A stretch of DNA of 64,000 bases from the human T2T-CHM13v2.0 reference genome, Homo sapiens: the NCBI RefSeq assembly GCF_009914755.1, contig NC_060937.1. The stretch is one strand, 5' to 3'. Position numbers and translations under genes: made by a program. A model generated the notes under the pieces. The model had not been told where the DNA came from, searched no databases, and saw only the letters and a list, made by a program, of their open reading frames with translations. Position 1 is the first letter of the stretch; every line of letters starts with the position of its first letter. Shown here piece by piece: positions 14,619 through 29,227 of this stretch.

Positions 14619-15074
14619 CTTAATCTATATGAAGATATGCATCCCAAATTATTGACAGTGGAGGGTGAAGTTCTGAATGCTGAAACCCAAGAAGCAGAGA
14701 AGGAATTTTTTATGTAATATACTTAAAAAAAATAGTGGAGGCATTACGGTAAATATTTCAAAATTTCTACAAGCACCATGTGTTCTGTTATATAATAATG
14801 CATGAGTAAACACTAAAATTAAAAATAAATCTCAGATATATGTATTACATTAGAAATATCTGTTACTGCTGGAAAGTTTCAAAAACTGTATACAAGATGA
14901 TTCTCAAAGGCTAACAAATTTATTTTTGTTCTTCCAACAAAAGAAAAATTTTGAAATAATGGTTGACCACATGCAGGAATGAATTGTATATTTTTGAGAA
15001 GAAAACAGTTTGGTGCTATACAACCACATTTAAACATGTTCAATTGATTCGCTGAATTTCATTTCTTCTTAGGC

Positions 15075-15235
15075 TTTATACACCCAATAATCACACAAGG
15101 AGCTAGTTAAAATTGCAGGTTACGTGGTATATATGTCCAAATAGTCTCAGGTGGAGCCTAAAGATCTGAATTTGTATAAAGTGTCCATTGTCATTCTTAT
15201 GCAAATGGTCTGGGAATCACAGCTTGAGAAATGGT
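15075..15235. mobile_element. MER5-type hAT relic
   Basis: aatcacacaaggagctagttaaaattgcagg...ggtggagcctaaagatctgaattt...gggaatcacagcttgagaaa. Confidence 0.55.
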
Positions 15236-16024
15236 ATCCCAGAGCAAAGCTAAGGTGAATGGATCTGGAAAATTGTCCCAAGAAGTGTTATTGACCCTTC
15301 TACTACAAATATAATAAATTTTCAATAATATTATGATGAAACTTTATATATCAAGAATCAAAACATTCCAAAATTCATCAGAAAGGGAGGGTTTAAAACA
15401 TACCTGAAAGTAATCAAAATAATTTGTTTTTACATGAGGCTGCTTAAAGTTGACTAATTGAATTGTGGAAAATAAAAAATAGAACTTTTTGGCAAAAAAA
15501 AAATGTGTGAATCATTTGCTCACATCCTAAACCTTTAAAATTTATTTGCTTTAACCAATCTCTTATATAACTATGTGCAATAAAACGTATTTTCTAAATG
15601 TACATAGTTTTGAGATTCAAAATCTCAAAATTTTGAAGATCTAAAACTTTTGAGGATTTTTTGAAGCTCTCCTGGTATGTATACTTTCCAGTTTTAATTG
15701 ATAGCATTACTTATGTTATGCAGCTTCACATTAAAGAAGTTTCCATGTTTGGTAACTTTCATTTTGTATGATACTTTTCTTGAATGCTAACTAGATGTCT
15801 ATTACTTCTAATAAACACCCAGGTTTTCAACATAAAAAATACTTTTATTTCTAATAAAATGAGGTACTTCTACTAAACGTCTACCTCTTAAATTGCTTTA
15901 AGAGGTTTTAATTTCTAGTGGTAACACTTGGGGCCTTAACCTGGATTTCACTGCAGTTTTGCACTATAGACTTTCTGAAAGAAGACTAGGTCCATATCCT
16001 TTTTGAATCTCATTGAGATGAAAT

Positions 16025-16067
<43 letters not shown>

Positions 16068-16133
16068 GTTTATTATCTATCTGTCTGTCTATTATCTATC
16101 TATCTATCTATCTATCTGTCTATCTATCTATCT
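16025..16133. repeat. Compound (TCTA)n/(TCTG)n STR
   Basis: About 10 perfect TCTA units followed by interrupted units. Confidence 0.95.
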
Positions 16134-16136
16134 TAC

Positions 16137-16483
16137 TGCTATAGACTGAATGTGTTCTCTCAAAATTCATATGTTGAAATTCTTCCTCAAGGTAATGGTA
16201 TTAGGAGGTGGGGGTTTTTGTAGGTGATTGGGTCACAAGCTACCCTCGTCAATGGAATTAGTGCCTTTGTAAATGTAAAGAGGGAGCACTCCCTCGCCCC
16301 TTCCCCAGATGAGGACACAACAGATATCTATGACCCAGAAAACGGAGTCTTCACCAGACACTGAATCTGTCAGCATGTTGATCTTGGAGTTCTCAGCCTC
16401 AAGAACTGTGATAAATAAGTTTTTGTTGTTAAGCTACCTGCTCTACGGTATTTTTGTTATAGCATCTGGGATGGACTAAGACA
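16137..16483 (+). mobile_element. MaLR solo LTR, MLT1A/MLT1A0-like
   Basis: Starts tgctatagactgaatgt...caaaattcatatgttgaaat, ends tttgttatagca...ggactaagaca; ~350 bp, the typical MLT1A size. Confidence 0.88.
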
Positions 16484-18439
16484 CTGTTTATCTACCTATC
16501 TACCTCCCCATAATAGCAAAGGCTATGGAGTAAAATTCAATACAAAATAGTTTTGTCTTGAAACCAATCCAAGAGGATATTTACTTCCTGAAGTACCACT
16601 CAAGAAGTTGTTTCATTTATAATGTTATCTACGGAAAGAAAACTGAGACAAGAACTGGTTTCACACAAGTGTAAAAATATAAAAGTCAAGTAAAAATAAG
16701 AAAAAACTTTGGAGGACATATTGTTGCCTAATGTGTTTTAATGTATGATTTATAATCTCTAACCAAACAAGAATTATACAAGCATGTAGAATTATTAGTA
16801 TTAATAAGCAAAAAAGTTATAAACTCACACAAAAAAGAAATTTTTTAATAGATTTATTGTCCTCAATATATATTAGTTTATTCTTACACTTGAGAATATA
16901 ATTGCCTGGTACCCTATCAAGCACTCTGTAAACCTGATCTGAAAATAGGATTTGCTCTTCCTAAGTTTAGACATTTTTTTTTAGGTGCCATCTGTTGTCC
17001 CAATGGAATATGGATCAATTGTCATGGGTACTTCTGTTTGCAACCCCTTAGTACGTTAGTGTGATAGTGACAAAAAAAAAAATGCAACTTCTTCTTTAAA
17101 ATAAAATGCTTAGAAGCAGATAGCCAAATGATAAAACCATTTCAGGACACCGAGGAATATAATCCATCTACATCTATCATTTTCAATGTTTCTTTCTTTT
17201 GAAATTGTTTTGCTCCAAACGTAGCCCACATAAATCCAATACATATATTTTGAGGAACAGGATTATTATTCTTATTGAAGATGCATAAAGGGGAAAGTTA
17301 TATTGGTCAGTTATAAAAGGAAAAAATAAAAAAAAGGAAACGAACTGAGAATATTCTGATTTGACATAAAAACAAAGTGAAAGAAACTGACAAATGCAGT
17401 TTCTTATTAATGCTCACTAGGTGGGGTACAAGAATGGAGAACCTAGGATTTCAAACTTGCTTTGCCATTCTCTGCTACAGCCTCTCCCTGGCAATAATTC
17501 ATTCTTCCTGGAGGGACTGAGGAATCATGATGGGTTTTTTTTCTTAATTATGATGGGCACATTTTAGAAAGTTTCTTAAAATTTTACTATCTCTTTTCAC
17601 ATCAAGTTAAAATTCCATGACATCTTATTTCTATGTCCTTCGTTCTACACTTTTATACATAACCGAATACATTCTCCACTTCAGATGAAAACTGCCACAA
17701 GATCTAGTGTTTTTCTTATTAACAAGGGTAAAACACTCCATTTGATTAGTCTAGTTATAATTGTTCAAATGTGGTTTATTCAATAATTAAGAAAATAACA
17801 AATAAATGACAATAATAATAATAATACTGGTATACCATAATCTGTCAAAACTGTAAGACTATTACTACCTTGTGGAATATTTGATAGCCCCATTATGCAA
17901 CTGCATAAATTTAGAAATTGGAAGAATTTGGGAAAAACGTGGCAAAAATATTGGAATGCAGTGATATGAGTACATTATTAGATTTAGTTTTCATACCAAA
18001 GGTTTAATCAAAATTAAAATAAACAAATGTTTATAGTTTAAAGCAAGCACTCCACTTATAACATCGAACCTTTCAACCATTTCAAAAAAGAAATGATTAG
18101 TATGATCACCAAATAATAGTATGGGAGTGGAGGCGAAAGGCATGTTGAGCACTTTCTATGTGCCAGACACTGCCCTAAATATTTTACTGTTATTATTTCA
18201 GTTACAGATCTCTTAAAGACAGTAATAAATGTAAATCTCCACTTGGGAGTGAGTTCCTATATGGAGATTTAGCATAGTAGAGCATTTGAATTTGTGAGAA
18301 TGGATGAGGTTTAATAAATTTATGAGAAGCTATCTATGTCTTTTCAATATGTGAATAACTATAAACATGCGTAATTAATTGGTAAATCAAATAGCTGTAT
18401 AATAAAGCCGAAGAAGAAGTTTCATTCAGTAGAAAGGGC

Positions 18440-18670
18440 TACTCAGCTAAAGAGAAGAGAGAAGTTTAAATCACAAGATTTGCAAAAAATAAGTGTCACA
18501 GCAGGTAACATAAGGAGGGCCGTGGGAGGACTAAGTGGTGATATGGAAATCTGTGATGTGGGCTCTCTGTCAGGAAAGACTTCTCCACTGAAGCATTACT
18601 TAAATCAAGAGCTAAACTATGAGGAAGGGAAATCACATTTTCCACAAATGAATCAGCATCTGCAAAGTCT
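18440..18670 (-). mobile_element. Probable L2 fragment
   Basis: gtcaggaaagacttctcc...gagctaaactatgaggaag resembles reverse L2. Confidence 0.4.
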
Positions 18671-18999
18671 TCTGTAATTTCTATGAAAACTATTAATAGA
18701 AGTAATAATAAAATTTTGTGAAACGAGCTATTTTTCTGAAGACTACTGGAAGAAGAATGATATATTTTATTTATTCCAAACAGATCACCGGCCCCACTCA
18801 ATGGAATGCACAATATAGTTTAATTTTCCTATTTGAAGTAACATAACACATATGTTTATTACCATTGCTACAAACTTTGAGAAGTAAATATGGCTAATAA
18901 TGGCAGGGAAGCAGTTTTTAACATCTGATTATGTGTGATTAATATATACAAAATCTGAACTCTTCCCACCACGCTCATTGCTAACATCTTCTGCCTAGT

Positions 19000-19628
19000 A
19001 TTGAAAGAATTTTGCATAAGGTTGCCTTGTTTCTGAACTTGCTCATCTATGGTCTCTTCTCAAGAGTAAGCAGAGTGAAGACTGAGGACAGATCACAGCC
19101 TTCTTCTGTTCAAAAAATGACCTTTAATTTTGTGCACTGTCTTAAAAAATACCACTCCCTAATCAAAGCTCCCACTCCCTGATCAACATTGCCCATTAAT
19201 CTCTGGAATTGTTTTCTGCTATCCTCCCTGTCACTCTCTTTTCTCCAAATCTCTGGCCCCTTACTGTCTGCTGAGCATATCAGGCATGCTTTTACAGGGC
19301 CTTTGCCCTTATTGATTCCTTTGTTATTTTGCCTCAGATAGTCACTGGTCTGCCTGTCCAACTATTTGTTTGTTTTTCAACCATCATTTTGCTGAGGTGT
19401 CCCTTATCACCCTATTTAAAAAAACAATCACTCTTCTCACCTCCCTGGCATTCCTTGTTCCTCTACACCCTCCACTTTCTTTTCTTACAAATATCACCAC
19501 TTGATATTGATAATCTCACTACACTAAAAGGTAAATTCCATTTTTGTCTCTTTGTATCACTGATGTTTAGAATAGTATCTGGCACATAATAGAATACGTA
19601 TTTGTTGATTATATGAATAAACGGATGA
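19000..19628 (+). mobile_element. L2 LINE 3' end
   Basis: cagggcctttgccctt...tagaatagtatctggcacataatag...tatttgttgattatatgaataaa, the characteristic L2 terminus. Confidence 0.75.
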
Positions 19629-20099
19629 CATCAACATTGTTCAAGAAATCTAGACTTAAACTTGGGAATCATTTCTCTTCCCATTCTTTCAATTTCCTTA
19701 TTATCTCACCCCAATATTTGATTCTATTGTCAATCTGTTTCCCTCACATTGCATTTCAACAACTACCACTAACATTGAGGTCATCATTTTTCAGGTGAAT
19801 TACTAGAGTAGATATTAAGTGGGTTTGTGCAGCCAACATGCCCACATTAAAAAAAAATTCACATGTATATCGATTTAGATATAGTCCTAAATGATAATTC
19901 TTTCTAAATGATATTTCTACATACAAGTCTAAAACTTTTCCATCTTTCCATTTGATGAAGTACACATTCCTAATCATGCCATTTCAGGCCTCTCATGTTG
20001 TGGTTCCAGCTTCTTCCCTGCATTATATTCTACACGTTCCAGCCAAAGGAAACTACTTGGCATTCCTGCAGATGGCTGAGGTGTCCATGGATATCCGCC

Positions 20100-20474
20100 A
20101 CTCAAATTTCCTTCAAACCTGTTGCAGGAGCCATAGTGGCCATTGTCTTCAGTGGCCACCCATCAATACTGAAGCCATGCTTCACCTGGGCTTCTTCCCA
20201 CCAAAGGCTGAGTGTCCAAGGAATTCGTGCTGGTACCGTGGCTCCCAGCTGCGCCATCAGCTGGTCAAATTTTTCTTAGACCTGCACTTAGTCCCGAGCC
20301 TCTTTCTATCCAATCCTTCCTTGCCCACCTCTTCTTTTGTAAGTGTGAAACCCACATTAATCTCAAGGCTCACCCTGTTTCCTTCAGCTCTTTCCCCTTT
20401 ATTCTTCAATGAATGCCTTGTAGGTCTTTTACCATCTTAGTGTCTGCTTCTGTTGGAGGATTCAAACTGACACA
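20100..20474 (+). mobile_element. ERVL LTR relic, LTR16-like
   Basis: Locally GC-richer block ending ccatcttagtgtctgcttctgttggaggattcaaactgacaca; 5' boundary uncertain. Confidence 0.65.
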
Positions 20475-21021
20475 CAGTTCCTCAAAAAAGTTTCATGTTT
20501 CTCAACTCTGTCTTTGCTCTTCCTACAATACCCTCCTTCTCTTTCTATCTTTCTAAACCTTATGTGGCCATAAAATGGTAAGCTCAAATCCCAAATGTGC
20601 CTCATAATATATCCCTTCTGTAATCTTTCCAACTTGTGAACTTTTATAAAAAGTTCTTTACTTATAGCTCTTCCGAAACAATATTCCATGACCCCACTGG
20701 ACTTTAAGTGCCTTGATGGTATGAACCATGCCTTACTATCTTTGTAAGGAAGAAACACAGCAGCTTGGAACTTCTAGAAGTTCAGCAGCTATTTAATGTA
20801 TTAAATTCTTTAAATAAAGTAATATTTGTGATCTACAGCCCCTCTTTACATTTATATCTAAATCTTTCACTGCATTGAAATAAATCAGAAAGCAATTCTC
20901 GGTTACAGTCCTGCAGTGGCCAGTCTGGACCTAGTCTACAAATCAGAAACTAAGAAAATGGCAGTTTATAGTCATGAACACAATCTGAGAGTCATGGGTG
21001 GTTAAAGAAGTTCACATGTAA

Positions 21022-21122
21022 GGCCAGACGCAGTGGCTCACGCCTGTAATCATAGCACTTTGGGAGGCCGAGGTGAGCGGATCACAAGGTCAAGAGTTTG
21101 AGACCAGCCTGAACAACATGGT
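21022..21122 (+). mobile_element. Alu left-arm 5' fragment (3'-truncated AluS)
   Basis: ggccagacgcagtggctcacgcctgtaatc...gagaccagcctgaacaacatggt, then an abrupt switch to unique sequence. Confidence 0.92.
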
Positions 21123-21368
21123 AGCAGTGTGTAATATAATTACTATGACCTGAAATATACTAAATACACTAAAGAATAACGAGACATGGAATGGAGGATT
21201 TTTGTAGAGTACAAAAAGCATGGCATTCAGGATACATTTCAGCACATAAAAAAGAAAAGGTACATTAAAATATTATAACAGTCAGAAATCTATAATTATC
21301 TACCACTTACAAACATAATAAGCTGTGTGAAATAATATAAAACTACATAAAATAATAGTTTTTAAATG

Positions 21369-22204
21369 TGAGGACTATGACCTTCTTTTTCTCTTGCCCA
21401 AATTCCTATCTAAGGGACCTGGTTAGTGGTCATGACCACCATAAAATCTCATCAGACAGGTTTTATGAACCCTATATAATGTAGCTTACTTTCCAACCTG
21501 ACTCTGGTATACAGCATAACATGGCATATAGCAGATGCTGAAGGAAGTAAAAAGATTTTATACCAAAATATATTTCTTTAACATATTTTGAAATGGCTGC
21601 CATGGGATCATCGGACTAAAATTACCCTGCAAAGCTGTCTTTTGTGGGAAAATTTTGCATCAGATTAATCTTCCATTAATGTAGCCAGACCTCTCCCTTT
21701 CTAGACTTTTTCAGATCTGGAGAGATGAACTGAGAGCCTGACACCTTTGAAGTCTGGAAAGAGACATTTTCCATGTATTCTCTCTGAAGGCTGTCACCTA
21801 TGAGGCTACATTTACATACTAAGAACCTTGGTCTCTACAACCCCCTTATCTTAACTCAAACATTCCTTTCTACTGATTTCAAGTTTTAGACATTAGCTTA
21901 ACTCTCCCAACCAATTCCCAACTAAAGAATGCCTAAAACCCACCTATGATCTCCCCAGCCCTCTGCTTTGAGATGTCTGATCTTTTTAAGGCCAAATCAA
22001 TGTACACCTTCCTCATAATGATTTAGATTTTCCTGCAATTCCTGTCTCCCTGAAATGCATAAAATCAAGCTGTAATCTGGCTGCCTCGGGCACACTTTAT
22101 CGGAACTTCTTGAGATTGTGTGACCTAGGCCGTGGTCACTCATATTGACTCAGAACGCACCTCTTTAAACATATTTTGGCAGAATTTGGATTTTTCTATT
22201 ATCA
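21369..22204 (+). mobile_element. ERV1 solo LTR, MER4D-like, with 4-bp TSD
   Basis: Starts TGaggact...cttgcccaaattcctatctaaggg, ends attatCA; TSD AATG at 21365-21368 and 22205-22208. Confidence 0.88.
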
Positions 22205-23276
22205 AATGTATTTTCATATGTGGAAGATAAACAGTATTTTAGTAAATTAATAACATTTATGGTAATTTAAAACATAATTTTTATCATTCCTTAATTATTG
22301 TTAAAACTCTAAAGCTTTATTAACAAATTACCCAATAAACTGTGATAATGCTTTGATTCCTATCCACGTATTTCACCTAGATTTCAGAACACCAACTTTG
22401 GAGATTCAATGAGAAATGTGTAAAATGGTTAGTTGGATCAAAATTTTCAAAAATACTATTGTGATGGATACATTCTACAATAGCAACATTTTGGCCTGAC
22501 AACCAATGTCCAAAGGACACTCTTTAGGTGTCACTCAGATTAGTTATTTATTAAACTATATTTCTGTGAGCTGTTAAGGTTCAATGTGATGCTGTTTACT
22601 GGTAACTATGACTGATTTGTGCATTAAAGTGTATTAGCAAATCAAAATCAATAAAACAATTTGCGATTTCAGAATAGATAAAATTAAAGCACATTGTTTG
22701 TATTCAGGCAAACTGCCTTAAAATTAATTGTCCTATATTAGCAACCTATTAAGATGGCAGCAAACAAATACAACCAATGCTCAGAGTGGATAACAGAAGT
22801 GTCAACAGAACAAACAACCTGTGAGTTAACCACTTTATGAAGTATACATGTATTACCTATGATAACATGTATTGTTACATAATAAAAAAACACACTCATG
22901 AAATTATTTGAGTGAACTTGTTGTCAAACCCAATGGAATAACTTTTATTATTTTGCAAAAAGTGTAGCAACTTTTGGATTAGCAAACCATTAAACTTTTG
23001 CTTATCAAACTTAATGGAAGGTGCTTTTAAATTAAGGCATTAGTGATGGTATAAGAACTTTCCAATATAATTTTGAAAAAAAGATATCCATATGTATTGT
23101 TTTATGGATTCGATGTTGTTCAATTTATTACATTAGTAGTAGGAAAAGGAACTGACTCAGAGATAAGACAAGGATATAGAGAATAATGGCAATCACATAT
23201 AATAAATGGTTATTTCTAGTGGTTATGTTTTGAGCATTGCAGTTATTTTGGCTTGTTTTGTTTTGTGAAACAGTTA

Positions 23277-23642
<366 letters not shown>

Positions 23643-23904
23643 TTATATGGTTAATTTTGAGGTATGTTGAAACCATAAAAGTATTATCTATATTCACTAC
23701 TATGTACTGCAAATCTTCTGTTCTAAAATGTTAAAATCCTGTCCTACCTTTAGTATTACCATTATTATTAATATCTGAAATGTAACATTCCTTTCCTACT
23801 TTCAATTATTTCCTAGAGACTGACTGGCAAAAATCAGGAGTTTAACTATTTTTCTTTATTCAATGTTTCTTCTTTCTTAAAATTTTTAATTTAATTTAGT
23901 TAAT

Positions 23905-24525
23905 TTTTAAACCACTTTATTGGGGCCTGATTGGCATAAGAAAGCTGTATATTCAATGCATACAACTTAATGAGCTTGGAGATAAATGTACACTTGTAAA
24001 ACCATCATCACAATCTATGCCATAAGCACTGCCGTGCCTTCCAAAACTTTCCACCCATTCTTTTATTTATTATTATTACCATTATTATTTGCATGTGATA
24101 AGAACATTTAAGATCTACCATCTTAGCAAATTTTTAAGTAAACAATACAGTATTGTTAGCTATAGGCAATACAGTAAATGTCTACGGTTTAGTCATATTG
24201 CATAACTGAAAATTTGTATCCTTTGACCAACACCTCCCTACTTCCTCCTGCTCCCAGCGCCTTGCAACCAACATTTGACCCTCTGCTTTTATGAATTCGA
24301 CTCTTGGATTCCACATATGAATGAAAGCAAGCAGTATCTGTCTGTCTTTGGTTTGGCTTATTTCATTTAGCATAATGTCTTCCAGATTAAAGGCTGTAAC
24401 AAACAGCAGGATTTCCTTTCTTTTCAAGGCTGAATAATATGCCATTGTATGTAAGTGGCACATTTCTTTATTCATCCATTTATGAACATTCTGATTGCTT
24501 CCATGTCCTGTCTATTCTGAATAAT
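23905..24525 (-). mobile_element. L1M (L1MA/MB-type) 3' fragment
   Basis: ggcttatttcatttagcataatgtcttccag...ggctgaataatatgccattgt; the reverse ORF translates as a degenerate L1 ORF2 C-terminal remnant (YYSALKRKEILLFVTAFNLEDIMLNEISQT). Confidence 0.9.
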
Positions 24526-25963
24526 TAAATTTATTTTACAAGTGATCTTGTTTGACCTCTGATAAGACATAATTTAAGTCCTATACACTCACCCCTTTTG
24601 CTTAATATGTCTCTGAATTGTGGTTTAATTTTTAAATCAAAATTGCACCAATTGTTTTATCTCTTTATATTATGTTATCCCTCATTCTACATATCCAATT
24701 TATTTCTTAAAAAACATTTGAGAAAAAATTTAATTACCAATCCTTATATGCCAATTGTACATCTTACCATTTCCATGTCTGTACCTTGCTCCAAAAATAT
24801 TTGTGCTCAGAACTGTAACCATATACGAATTTGTAAAGGATAGACCAAATAATTTTTCTGTTACTATGTTTAAATAAAAATAATAGCAAACTTTGAAACT
24901 TTATCTTTTCTGACATTGATTCTATTTGTTCTTTTTAAATGAAAACCCAAGTATAAAGAATACTGGAATACCTCTGGAAATTTTCAATAGACCACATAAG
25001 TATTCAAATTAGATTATGAAGCTAAAATAAAATTAATGGAAAGGATATAAAGTCCTAGTTCACCCTGAAAAATGTTTTCTTCTTCTAACTGGATAAGATT
25101 AAATAAAATAACCGTATAAAAAGTATAGTTAATCTCTGTGAATTGATGATATATTCTGCATCTCATTCAACAAAAATATATATAAATAACATATGTATTA
25201 TTAAAATGCATTTATTTTCTCTGTTGAATTCAATTTTATAGAGTTTTGCATAATTAATGTGGTATTTTAATCATGTTACAATAACAAAAGTCAGCTTGAA
25301 AACATAACTGGGTTAGGTACATTTGGTGATGTCTACTGGGAATCATTCTTATATCAGCCTTACATAAGCAATTAGAGAGAGTAACAAAAATTATGTCACT
25401 GGCATTAAGAAGAGAGTGTCTATATATCAATTTAAAAAGTCAACTTTCAACCAGGAAAAAGAAATATGACTCTTTAATGTATAAACAGAGAATTACAGGA
25501 AAATAATCAGCTCTGGGACTTTACTAAATATCCTTACAAGATCTCATGAGCCAAGTATTTCCTTTTATTTTTAATTTTTCTATGAAAGGTGCTTTTTAGC
25601 TAGTAGTAAAAAAATTGACGTGAAAATGGTCAACAGAAAAACGAGCTCAGAGCCTTAAGGCCTCCCTAAATGGAAGATGTCAGAGTATACATTATGTTAG
25701 TACAAGGTATCCTGAGAGCTGCATCTATGAAACACCAGAGAGGGCTGTTCTAGAAACTGCCTTTATGAGATTCCAAACATAAACATGACATAATGAATTT
25801 ATTAGCATGTCCTGGGAACACTCATTTTGAAATGGGTTAACAATTCAGTTTAAAGGATTTTCAGTGTGTTTTAATTTTCCAGCCCATGAAAATTCCTGTA
25901 AATGTAGGACACGGATTAAAAGTTTATGGATACACCATTTACCCCACTAGTTTCTAGTATATG

Positions 25964-27104
<1,141 letters not shown>

Positions 27105-28202
27105 TTAGGGGTCAAATATTTGAAAATTTCATTCTCTATGTTTTCCTTTAAGTGAAAAATTTATTCTATGAATGAATCTTCACATCAATAATTTAAAGAG
27201 GTTTTCTGGTAGAAATTCCATTGCAAAAACAATCAAGATGGAGATCTGTGAATATAGCCCTGGGGAATCCTAAGGATTTTTATAATCTCTACAGGAAGCA
27301 ATATTATATGTCCTTAAAGAAAGATTATCAAAACATAACAAAAAAAACTAATAGGAAGAAAAGGAAAGATAAAGAAACATTTAATATTCACCTACTATGT
27401 GCCATTTTCTAATGTATGTAGGCATATTACCGTACGAACTGTGAAGTGCAAGTATTTACAAGGGAAGTGTTATAAAATGAATTCATTTTCATCACTTATA
27501 AGTAATGTTGACAAATAAGCATTGGAAATTTAATTTTGTCAATACGCATTTCACACCAACTAGAAGGTAAGGTACTTTGATTGGAATAACTGGCACCCCT
27601 GATCTAAAGGGCAAGATTTCTCAAACAGAGAGAGACAAGTTATTGAATGTGCTTATTTGGTCAAACAGAAAATAGCTTGAGACCTACTTTGTTCTGTTTC
27701 TGTGGCTAACAAGCAATATTCCAACAAACAATTTCATCCCTTGACTGAACAAGCTTGACTTTGGACAAGGAAGGAGTTTGTTCAAATGGCCAGTGGATGG
27801 TAAATAGATCTTTCAATATAAAATTAGCATTTTCTTATTAGCCTAGTTAACATGAATGAATTCCCTATAGCCTCATTATTTATACATGCGAATAGGTAAT
27901 GTTCGGTTTCAGAATCCGTCAAGTGAAAAACAAAAATTATTGATCCAAAAGGACGCCTCAGACAATCCTGTGAAACTAAGCTTTATATAGCCTATAGTTT
28001 TCTCCCTAATCATGTTTATAACTAAGGAAAATATTAATGCTCTATTGAGGCAAATTCTATACAAGCATAACTATGGGTGAAAACAAAGCATGTATCCCCT
28101 ACAGATCCCCAGTGGTTTGCTTTTAGATAAAGAATCTAAAAAGATTTTATTCTTTATGTATAAAGCATCTTAAATTATATAACTCAATAACAAATTATCT
28201 AT

Positions 28203-29227
28203 ATATCAGGCCTCATTTGCATGTTTCCAATATATATCAATTTTAGTCACCATGGTTTTGTTATATAACATCAGTCTTCCAACAATTTGGTTCAAATTTC
28301 AGTTACCATACTGTATTAACAGTGGGTGATATATGGTTTGTACAGTTACACAGCACAAACTTTGCTGTTAGCCATGCAATTCAGAAATTGCTATGTAAAT
28401 ATCAGTGACCAAACTTGGCACTTCTTTTAAAGTGCACAGACAGCCAAGCACATAGTTCGGCTGCCTCTGTCTCCCAGTGATAAACTCACATGATGTTTTA
28501 CAAAAATAGGTAATTGAAAGAGGTAAGTGGCCAATAAAGATGAAAGTGCAACCAGGAAACGAAGTGATAACATCAGAAGTAAAATTTGGATGGAATGTAA
28601 CAGAGTTAAGAAAGAAATAGCTGAGCTGATGCTACTGTTGTTCAAGAGACTAGATCTGTAGCCAGGTGAACTTAGTGAAGGCAAAGTCATCAATATAAAA
28701 GAGCAAAGTGGCTGTAAAGAAAAAGATAAAGATGTCCCAGAGGAAGTGACACTGGCAAAATCTTTACAATAAAGAAACTCTTAGAGATACTTCAAAACAT
28801 TAAAACTGCAAATGATAAAATGTTGCAAGTTGATACAAACTTAGAAAGGAATATGACAATTTACCAAAGCATATAAAAGATGCATGTTCTATGTTAAGTT
28901 ATTCAATGGGAAGAATAAGGCAAGCACTGTTTAAACTACTCTTGACAAGATTTTTTTGCAGAGAATAAAACTTTAATCCTCAGTGTTTCTGAGGTTGTAA
29001 ACTACAGCACTAAAAAAGTTAGTTTTACTGTTTGTTCATTTCCCTGTACATTCGTAACCATCAAGAAGAGAGTTTTGATGTTTTGTAAAAAAAAAAAAAA
29101 AAAAAAAATTAAAGGATACAGAACAGTTGTAATTTTCCCCATTGATTATTAAGATCTCTTTGCATGGTTTCAGCTTGCACAGTCATTTTTAAGGTCCTTT
29201 ACTACTGTATAACACCTGGACAGCCTG
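28203..29227. mobile_element. TcMar-Tigger DNA transposon relic (Tigger6-like)
   Basis: Right end tttgcatggtttcagcttgcacagtcattttt...ggacagcctg followed by TA; degenerate matching left end caggcctcatttgcatg; internal pogo-like remnant (gaaaaagataaagatgtcccagaggaagtgac). Confidence 0.75.

Noticed and set aside
15608-15630. 10-bp-arm hairpin ttttgagatt / aatctcaaaa
   Set aside because: Short and AT-rich; expected by chance in 64 kb
19952-20440. 162-aa ORF
   Set aside because: Spans L2-like and LTR16-like relics; no recognisable domain or splice context
24182-24475. L1 ORF2-like peptide as a functional CDS
   Set aside because: Short degenerate remnant of an old truncated L1M
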